Of a DNA stretch of 64,000 bases, positions 58,185-64,000 are shown piece by piece. The notes under the pieces are model-generated. The model ran no database searches. It worked only from the letters and a program-made list of their open reading frames with translations, and was not told the DNA's origin. Source of the DNA: an uncultured bacterium (GTDB lineage: Bacteria; Acidobacteriota; Vicinamibacteria; Vicinamibacterales; UBA8438); NCBI GenBank assembly GCA_963934795.1, contig CAWWAF010000001.1:15815-79814 (forward strand). The letters run 5' to 3'. The translations under genes were made by a program, and so were the position numbers. Each line of letters opens with the position of its first letter. Positions within the stretch are counted from its first letter, which is position 1.

Positions 58185-58744
58185 CGGGCTACCGCTCCAC
58201 CTTCTTCTCGGCCGCGTTCCAACACCTGGTCCATCGCCAACACCCGTCGCACAGCGGCGTTTGCCGCACCCGTCGTCAGCGTGCCGCCGAGAATGGGCTG
58301 TATCGCCCGCTGCACGGCCAGATCGTCGGTCAGAAGCTGTTTGTAGTACTGCTGCAACCAGTTCTGCGCCGGTTGATACTCGGGCGGCTCCTGAAAGGCC
58401 GTCACTTCGATCCGCTTCACGCTACCGTCAGGCTCGAGTGAAATCAGCAAGCTCTCCATTTTGGTTCGGACGACGTGGGTGTCGATGTAGGCGCGTCCCA
58501 CGGTCCGTCCACCCTGCGTCGCGACGTAGCGAGCCACGAGCGCGCTTCTCACCTCGCCCCCCGCCAGCTCGCCGATCCGAACCATCTGCTGCTCGGTCAA
58601 GAACACGCGTTCCGCTTCAATCCCCGCGTGCGGAAACACGGCGGCCAGAGCCTCCTCCCGAGTCATCTGGCCGCCCTGGGCAACTACGACCACCGTGGTC
58701 GTCACAAGCATCAACGACGCGCACATTAAGGCCACTCGGATCAT
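58181..58744 (-). CDS. Exported FMN-binding domain protein, a likely ApbE flavinylation substrate.
   Basis: 187 aa with a signal/anchor (ALMCASLMLVTTTVVVVA). FMN_bind-like core. ILGGTLTTGAAN resembles the [S/T]GA[T/S] flavinylation motif. Confidence 0.75.
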   Translation of the reverse strand: MIRVALMCASLMLVTTTVVVVAQGGQMTREEALAAVFPHAGIEAERVFLTEQQMVRIGELAGGEVRSALVARYVATQGGRTVGRAYIDTHVVRTKMESLLISLEPDGSVKRIEVTAFQEPPEYQPAQNWLQQYYKQLLTDDLAVQRAIQPILGGTLTTGAANAAVRRVLAMDQVLERGREEGGAVAR

Positions 58745-58756
58745 GCCAACCTCGCC

Positions 58757-60235
58757 CTAGAAGGCGTACCCCATGCTCACGTTGAACTGGTTGACGCCGG
58801 TCTCTGCGTCGTTGCTGACCCAGGCGTGGTCCACCTTCACTACGATTTGGGAAATTGGCTTCAACTCAATACCCACCGTAAGAAACGTGTTATCTGTCGA
58901 GAGGCTGCGGGACAGGCCGTCCGGCACTCGGTCCTGAGTATCCACCTGCTCGTAGCGAACATACGGCGTCAGCGCGACTCCAGCGGAATCCGTCTGCGAG
59001 AGCACGTTGTAACCCACTTGAATGTAGGCCCCCTGCATCCGTTCACCAACACCGTTACCGAGCAGCTGATTAAGCTGAGCCGCGTCGTCGAGGTGGGCCC
59101 TGGCGAAAAGCCCCCGCACGTCCAGTCCGCGCACTTGCGCGGCACCATGCAGGTCGAAAATGGTCGTTCGAACGCCATACTCAGCGCCATCAACCACCAC
59201 CTGACCCTGTCCTGAATCACCGGTATACAAGCTAGCTCCCACAAACACTCCGGGGGTCGGCGTAACGTCGACGCGTCCGGTGAACGCCATACTCGTGGCC
59301 TTGGCCTTGTTGCCTTTCTGGCGGCCGCCGCGTACCCCCTTCGAGGAAAAGTCGAGACCGTCAAATCCGTTCATGACATAGGCCCGGAACGACACGCGGT
59401 CGAACGCTCCGTATATGCCGGCTCCATTTTCTCGCCACGTCGACGGGATAATCCGTTGTTCGGTCACCGGACGCTCGGCACCGAGGAAGACGGTCGGCTC
59501 ATGGAACTCGTTGACCAGTCCCATGGGCGCCAGCAACATACCGCCGCGCACCCCCATGTTGTCAGTCGCCTGGTAGTCCAGGTATGCGAACTCCACGTAA
59601 ATCTCATCGGCGTGCTCAATCTCGATTTCCGAGTTGAACAGAAACTTGTCGTTGAAGCGGTACCCCGCGTAGATGATGGCGCGAAGAAAATCGGCCTTGG
59701 TCGTTTGCCCTGTTGCGGCCCCGCCTTCGTTCTCGTCTGCGTAATTTTCGAAGAGCATCTCACCATACCCGGCAATGGAGACCCCTTGACCTCGGCTGTA
59801 GGTGGACGCCGCCGACGGAGCGAGTCCCAACCGGCGGGCATCGTCCACACTGACCGGCTGTACCCCTTCTCCTTCTCCACTACGGAGGCGCTCGACCTCA
59901 TCGGCCAACAGGTCAACACGGCGCTGTAACTCCTCAACATCCGATGGTTGCTGCTCCGTTTCGGCAGCGCCGCACGCAGCGGGTGCAATATCCACCTCAA
60001 CCTCGGCCGATGTGCGCTCGGTGACCTCTTCGGAAGCGCCGACTGGAGCTCCGTCCGTGTTGCCGACAATGCCGCACGTAGCGGGTGCGATATCCGCCTC
60101 AGTCTCGGCCGATGTGGGCTCGGTGACCTCTCTAATCTGCGTTTGCGCGGTCGCGCTCGTGGCGAGGGCGCACAGCGCCAACGCCGGAATCATCTGATTG
60201 CGCCAGAAATAGCCCTGGTGTGTCTTTGTCGTCAA
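58757..60235 (-). CDS. Outer-membrane beta-barrel porin (porin O/P-like) with an N-terminal repeat and a coiled-coil segment.
   Basis: Signal peptide MIPALALCALATSATAQ. Coiled-coil ELQRRVDLLADEVERLR. Alternating beta-strand pattern ending in ..NVSMGYAF. Start is either TTG 60235 or ATG 60193. Confidence 0.8.
   Translation of the reverse strand: MTTKTHQGYFWRNQMIPALALCALATSATAQTQIREVTEPTSAETEADIAPATCGIVGNTDGAPVGASEEVTERTSAEVEVDIAPAACGAAETEQQPSDVEELQRRVDLLADEVERLRSGEGEGVQPVSVDDARRLGLAPSAASTYSRGQGVSIAGYGEMLFENYADENEGGAATGQTTKADFLRAIIYAGYRFNDKFLFNSEIEIEHADEIYVEFAYLDYQATDNMGVRGGMLLAPMGLVNEFHEPTVFLGAERPVTEQRIIPSTWRENGAGIYGAFDRVSFRAYVMNGFDGLDFSSKGVRGGRQKGNKAKATSMAFTGRVDVTPTPGVFVGASLYTGDSGQGQVVVDGAEYGVRTTIFDLHGAAQVRGLDVRGLFARAHLDDAAQLNQLLGNGVGERMQGAYIQVGYNVLSQTDSAGVALTPYVRYEQVDTQDRVPDGLSRSLSTDNTFLTVGIELKPISQIVVKVDHAWVSNDAETGVNQFNVSMGYAF
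59969..60131. repeat. Two copies of a 61-nt direct repeat (period 102 nt) inside the porin gene.
   Basis: 59969..60029 and 60071..60131 align with few mismatches (gccgcacg[c/t]agcgggtgc[a/g]atatcc[a/g]cctca..ctcggccgatgtg.gctcggtgacctct). They encode VTE[P/R]TSAE[T/V]E[A/V]DIAPA[T/A]CG twice. Confidence 0.75.
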
Positions 60236-60427
60236 GGGTTTGTCTCTCGGTTGCGGTTGCGCGCCCTGACGATCATCTCTACAATAAGCACCACTGATGT
60301 CATCAGCTCACGCGACCTGGTTCCAAACTGCGTCTTAAGGGAAGCGGCGAGTGACCGCTCAGTTGGCCCGCCGGGTGTGACAGCACCCGCGGGCCATTTT
60401 TGCTACACACTCAAACTGAATCAATAA

Positions 60428-60442
60428 TGAGACTCGATCTCA
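60428..60442. promoter_or_regulatory. Operator site TGAGACTCGATCTCA, just downstream of the predicted -10 of the porin operon.
   Basis: Inverted repeat TGAGA-N5-TCTCA. Read on the minus strand, it starts 13 nt after the TATAGT -10. This is the same relative position as the feoAB site. Confidence 0.55.
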
Positions 60443-60455
60443 ATTTGATATCGCA

Positions 60456-60484
60456 ACTATATATCCGACCACTTTGGTCGTCAA
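60456..60484 (-). promoter_or_regulatory. Predicted sigma70-type promoter of the porin/FMN/4-TM/apbE operon (TTGACG-N17-TATAGT on the minus strand).
   Basis: On the forward strand, cgtcaa lies at 60479..60484 and actata at 60456..60461. This is the most AT-rich stretch in the window. The -35 context matches the feoAB promoter. Confidence 0.45.
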
Positions 60485-60491
60485 TAGAAAA

Positions 60492-60506
60492 TGAGACTGG
60501 ATCTCA
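60492..60506. promoter_or_regulatory. Operator site TGAGACTGGATCTCA, immediately upstream of the predicted -35.
   Basis: Second copy, 64 nt from the first. Both copies are preceded by tcaata..aatgagact. Confidence 0.5.
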
Positions 60507-60586
60507 AAAAGATCGCCTGACCGTGCAGGGGTGCGCAGCGGTCCTCGGGTCGATCAGTCCCGGCAGGAGACGCGATAGGGAGTAGT

Positions 60587-60616
60587 GAAGCGCCGGCGCG
60601 GGTGCGCCGGCGCTTC
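60587..60616 (-). terminator. Perfect 13-bp GC-rich stem-loop downstream of the 60664..61737 gene; candidate terminator.
   Basis: gaagcgccggcgc-gggt-gcgccggcgcttc, 48 nt after the stop. No clear U-tract on the minus strand, so the intrinsic-terminator call is tentative. Confidence 0.45.
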
Positions 60617-60663
60617 GGTGTGTTCAAGCCATCGCCCCAGGGACCTGGAGCGTTGGCTGCCTG

Positions 60664-61737
60664 CTACTGCTCGTTTGATGTCTGTGCGGTCTGGTTCAGC
60701 AGCAGTTTCTGCACGCGCCAGTTGTTCATGTCGGCCACGAACAAGGTGTTCTCATCGCGGCACGACAGACCGTGAATCCAGTTGAACTGTCCCGGGCCCC
60801 GGCCAGACTCACCCAGGTAGCCCAACATCTCGCCCTCCAGCGTCATCTTGTAGATGCGGCCGGGATCTTCGTCGGACGCGAACAGGTACTGTGTGTCACC
60901 ACCGGAAATACACAGGGTCCACGGCGCGTGCGCGTCCGGTCGACCCGGGTTCCGGTTGCCAAGCACCGGCTGATAGTTCTTGTCGAAGGGGACGGCCATG
61001 ACGATCGACTTCAGGAGATTGCCATCACTGTCGAACTTCTGAATCCGCCGGTTGGAGCGGTCGGCTACATAGACGTTGCCGGCTCGATCCACCTGCAGGC
61101 TGTGCGGCAGACGGAACTGACCGGGTTCGTTGCCGTACCCCCCCCAGGACTTGAGCCAGTTGCCCCACTTGTCCATCTTGCCCACGCGTGAGTTGATGTA
61201 CCCGTCGCTGACGTAGATGTTGCCTTCCGCGTCCCACCCGACATCTGTCGGTCCACCAAAGTACCCGTCGACAGCCCGCGCTTCGCTAGCTGGCGGATGG
61301 TGGTATTCGTCGAACCCTTCGGGCCGACGCCCCAGATTCAGGGTGACGTAGCCGTCGGGGTTGATCTTGGTCACCGCGTTGGTCCCCTTGTCGACAATCC
61401 AGAGGTTGTCCTCGTTATCGAAACGGACCGAGTGGCCGTAGCCGAAGCCGTAGACGTTCTGACCAATCTCGCGGACGAAGTTACCGCGATCGTCGAACTC
61501 GAGCAGGTTGGTCGTGGCATTGCCGAACAACGGACCGCTGGTCGACGAGCCCGGATGGTTCAGCACAATCAGGTGGCCCTTGGAGTTCTCCGCCACCCCC
61601 AGCGTCTCGCCCAGATTCATCGTGGGCGGGTATTTCAGGTAGTCCGGCACAGATACGTACGGGATTTCTGGCACAGTCTGCGCGAACGCGGGCGCGGCAA
61701 ACGCTATAAGCGCCACGGCGGCAATGAGACGTTTCAC
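60664..61737 (-). CDS. Exported NHL-repeat beta-propeller resembling peptidyl-alpha-hydroxyglycine alpha-amidating lyase (PAL).
   Basis: AGGAGG lies 6 nt before GTG 61737. Signal peptide VKRLIAAVALIAFAAPAFAQ. Contains GHSVRFD, SDGYINSRVGKMD, PGQFRLPHSLQVD and VADRSNRRIQKFD, which parallel, from memory, the PAL blocks SDGYCNSRIVQF, PGQFSVPHSLAL and VADRENGRIQCF. Confidence 0.85.
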   Translation of the reverse strand: MKRLIAAVALIAFAAPAFAQTVPEIPYVSVPDYLKYPPTMNLGETLGVAENSKGHLIVLNHPGSSTSGPLFGNATTNLLEFDDRGNFVREIGQNVYGFGYGHSVRFDNEDNLWIVDKGTNAVTKINPDGYVTLNLGRRPEGFDEYHHPPASEARAVDGYFGGPTDVGWDAEGNIYVSDGYINSRVGKMDKWGNWLKSWGGYGNEPGQFRLPHSLQVDRAGNVYVADRSNRRIQKFDSDGNLLKSIVMAVPFDKNYQPVLGNRNPGRPDAHAPWTLCISGGDTQYLFASDEDPGRIYKMTLEGEMLGYLGESGRGPGQFNWIHGLSCRDENTLFVADMNNWRVQKLLLNQTAQTSNEQ

Positions 61738-62171
61738 GGGAACCTCCTTGAGACCGGTCGGAGACCGGGAGCGGATCACGAACAGATAGTGCCCAATCAT
61801 AGCGCAGACAACGCCCACTGGCGTTGTCTGGTTGTTCGGGCACACCACTATGATAAGGTGAGGAATTGACCATCTCCCGTCTCTGGTGGGTGTTGCCACG
61901 CTCACATGTGGCCGTCAGTAGATGGAAGGACCCAAGCCGATGCGCTTTCAGATTATCGTCCGTCACTCGTAAGCGCTCCGACCTCCGGTTAGGTCTGCCA
62001 GATCCGCACCCGGGACCGCAAGTCCCTCACTACAAACGCTGATTTGTCGCTGTCCCCGCCCCGGGCGGTCGAGCGACCCGTGTTCTTGCTCGTGCTGTGG
62101 GACTCCCCATAGACGAGGCTTTGCCATCGTGTCTTACAGACGGGCTGGGTAGCCCGTCCCGAGGGTGTGCC

Positions 62172-63593
62172 ATGTCATCGATCAGCGCCAGCACAGACGG
62201 GGCGCCGCGTACCGGACTCTGGACCGACGTCCGCGACTCCATCCGCGGGGTGCCGCGCGACTACACGGTCGGCAACATCGGGCGCGCGGTCATGCTGTTG
62301 GCCATCCCGATGGTGCTTGAAATGTCGATGCAATCGCTCTTTGCGGTGGTCGACGTCTTTTTCGTGGCCCGGCTCGGCCCTGAAGCCGTTGCGATTCTCG
62401 GCCTGTCCGATTCGCTGCTCGCGCTTGTGTTCTCGGTCGCCATCGGTCTCTGCATGGGCACGACCGCGATGGTCTCGCGACGCATCGGCGAAGGTTCGCC
62501 TGAACAGGCGTCCCTGACGGCGGTGCAGGCCATTGCCACCGGCGTGGCGGTGTCCATTGTCCTCGGGACGATCGGCGTGGTGTGGGCCCAGGACCTGTTG
62601 CAGATGCTCGGTGCGACGCCCGAGCTGGCTGCCAACGGGCGCCCGTTCACGTCGATCATGCTCGGCGGCAGCGTGACCGTCATGCTGCTATTCCTGATCA
62701 ACGCGATCTTTCGAGGCGCCGGAGATGCGGCGCTGGCCATGCGGTCACTCTGGCTGGCCAACCTGATCAACATGGCGCTCGACCCCGTGCTGATCTTTGG
62801 ACTCGGGCCAATCCCGGCCATGGGTCTGGAAGGCGCCGCCATCGCCACCACCTTCGGTCGGGCCGTGGGTGTGCTGTATCAGCTCCACCACCTCACCAAT
62901 GGGCGGGGTGTCATCCAGATCGACTGGCGTCGTGTCAGGATCAGCGTCGGCGTGATGGCGCGACTGCTGCGGGTCAGCGGGATTGGCGTCGTGCAATACC
63001 TGATCAGCACGGCCAGTTTCCTGGGTCTGATCCGGATCCTGGCGCCGTTCGGTGAAACCGCGTTGGCCGGCTACACCATCGCCATCCGGATCATCATCTT
63101 TATCCTGCTGCCGGCGTGGGGCATGGGCAACGCAGCGGCGACCTTGGTGGGACAGAACCTCGGCGCAGGGAATCCGGAGCGGGCAGAGCGGTCGGTATGG
63201 TTCACGGCCCGATGCAGTTCGGCGTTCCTGGGCTCGGTCGGGCTCTTGCTGTTCATGCTCGCGACCCCGATCGTCGCGTTGTTCACCACCGAACCGAACG
63301 CGGCGGCGACCGCAATCGCCTGTCTACGGACGATCAGCTTCAGCTATGTGTTTTGGGGCTTCGGATTGGTGACGGTCCAGGCGTTCAACGGCTCCGGTGA
63401 CACGACGACGCCCACCTGGATCAACTTTGTCGTTTTCTGGGTGGTCCAGCTCCCCTTGGCGTGGACGCTGTCAAACCCGGTCGGATTAGGGCCGACCGGG
63501 ATCTTTGTCGCCATCGCCGTCTGCCAGAGTCTGCTCGCCGTGGTCGGCGTGACCGTGTTCCGGCGCGGCACGTGGAAGCGCCGCGAGATTTAG
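62172..63593 (+). CDS. MATE-family efflux transporter.
   Basis: 473 aa from ATG 62172 with 12 TMs. Contains LAIPMVLEMSMQSLFAVVDVFFVARLG. Confidence 0.9.
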   Translation: MSSISASTDGAPRTGLWTDVRDSIRGVPRDYTVGNIGRAVMLLAIPMVLEMSMQSLFAVVDVFFVARLGPEAVAILGLSDSLLALVFSVAIGLCMGTTAMVSRRIGEGSPEQASLTAVQAIATGVAVSIVLGTIGVVWAQDLLQMLGATPELAANGRPFTSIMLGGSVTVMLLFLINAIFRGAGDAALAMRSLWLANLINMALDPVLIFGLGPIPAMGLEGAAIATTFGRAVGVLYQLHHLTNGRGVIQIDWRRVRISVGVMARLLRVSGIGVVQYLISTASFLGLIRILAPFGETALAGYTIAIRIIIFILLPAWGMGNAAATLVGQNLGAGNPERAERSVWFTARCSSAFLGSVGLLLFMLATPIVALFTTEPNAAATAIACLRTISFSYVFWGFGLVTVQAFNGSGDTTTPTWINFVVFWVVQLPLAWTLSNPVGLGPTGIFVAIAVCQSLLAVVGVTVFRRGTWKRREI

Positions 63594-63751
63594 TGTCGTG
63601 TCCCAGAAATTCGCTGGTAGTTTTTTGGGGCGCGGCATCCCGGCTGGCAAGGCGCGACGAGGGAGCATACGGGCAGTATGTGACCGAGGAGCAACGCCGG
63701 CAGGCGGGATGCCCCGCCCGAAAAATGCCAGCGAACTTCTGGGACACGGCA
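63594..63751. repeat. Long imperfect palindrome (about 55-nt arms, about 47-nt spacer) between the convergent MATE and typA genes.
   Basis: The left arm gtgtcgtgtcccagaaattcgctggtag..ggcatcccggctggc pairs with the right arm gccggcaggcgggatgcc..gccagcgaacttctgggacacggcac. It also produces the mirror-image ORFs 63598..63786 (+) and 63421..63747 (-), both beginning MSQKFAG. Confidence 0.7.
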
Positions 63752-63754
63752 CTG

Positions 63755-64000
63755 CTACGCGGTCTCTTTCTTCGGTCGCTGGTTAAAGGCGAGCACCCGC
63801 TTGCGCAGGCGGATGCTATGCGGCGTCACCTCGACCAGTTCGTCATCGTTGATGAACTCGATCGATTGCTCGAGATTGAGCAGCCGGGGCGGCACCAGAC
63901 GCAACGCATCATCGGCGGTCGACTGACGCATGTTCGTCAGCTTCTTTTCCTTGGTAACGTTGACGTCCATGTCCGACGGCCGGGCGTTCTCACCGATGAC
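63755..64000 (-). CDS. typA: Translational GTPase TypA/BipA, C-terminal end only; the gene continues beyond the window.
   Basis: ...[67 protein letters not shown] matches the conserved BipA C-terminus. Confidence 0.85.
   Translation of the reverse strand, partial: VIGENARPSDMDVNVTKEKKLTNMRQSTADDALRLVPPRLLNLEQSIEFINDDELVEVTPHSIRLRKRVLAFNQRPKKETA

Noticed and set aside
60400-60585. 61-aa plus-strand ORF in the AT-rich region upstream of the porin operon.
   Set aside because: It lies in the predicted promoter/operator region. Its codon usage is atypical for this genome, it has no RBS, and it spans the two operator boxes.
63421-63786. Two ORFs (63598..63786 + and 63421..63747 -), both starting MSQKFAG.
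   Set aside because: They are mirror images produced by translating the two arms of the palindrome at 63594..63751, not genes.

Overview
GC-rich bacterial chromosomal window with strong G/C preference at codon position 3, AGGAGG-type ribosome-binding sites and several 4-nt start/stop overlaps. I can support about 50 protein-coding genes. I found no rRNA, tRNA, CRISPR array, transposase or integrase. The content is dominated by exported, periplasmic redox and metal proteins, and many occur as paralog pairs inside the window. The lineage cannot be fixed from sequence alone; DUF1592/DUF1552 pairs and PSCyt-type heme domains suggest a Gemmatimonadota, Acidobacteriota or Planctomycetota-like genome (inference).

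Main points:
1. An exported c-type heme domain is fused to a PHM/DBH-like two-copper monooxygenase. It sits next to a secreted partner protein, and this pair occurs twice (1..1733 and 29994..32245). Two PAL-like NHL beta-propeller proteins also lie in the window (43891..45108, 60664..61737).
2. A 15-bp palindromic operator, TGAGA-N5-TCTCA, occurs four times. It sits at equivalent positions in two clearly related promoters. One drives a fused feoA-feoB. The other drives an operon encoding an outer-membrane porin, an FMN-binding protein, a 4-TM His-rich membrane protein and ApbE. I read this as a candidate iron-regulated extracytoplasmic flavin/heme electron-transfer system.
3. A three-gene module (multi-heme DUF1592-family protein, DUF1552 protein, exported ankyrin-repeat protein) is present twice, at 7351..12660 and 51040..56555.
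4. A small copper island holds two convergent CopC-domain genes, a Cys-motif beta-propeller and a possible His/Cys-rich mini-protein.
5. Four genes look disrupted: mscS, the beta-propeller, a beta-CASP MBL hydrolase and an alpha/beta hydrolase. There is also a stub of an ATP-grasp gene.
6. A 150-nt imperfect palindrome lies between the convergent MATE and typA genes.

All family assignments come from motif recognition by eye and need HMM or structure confirmation.
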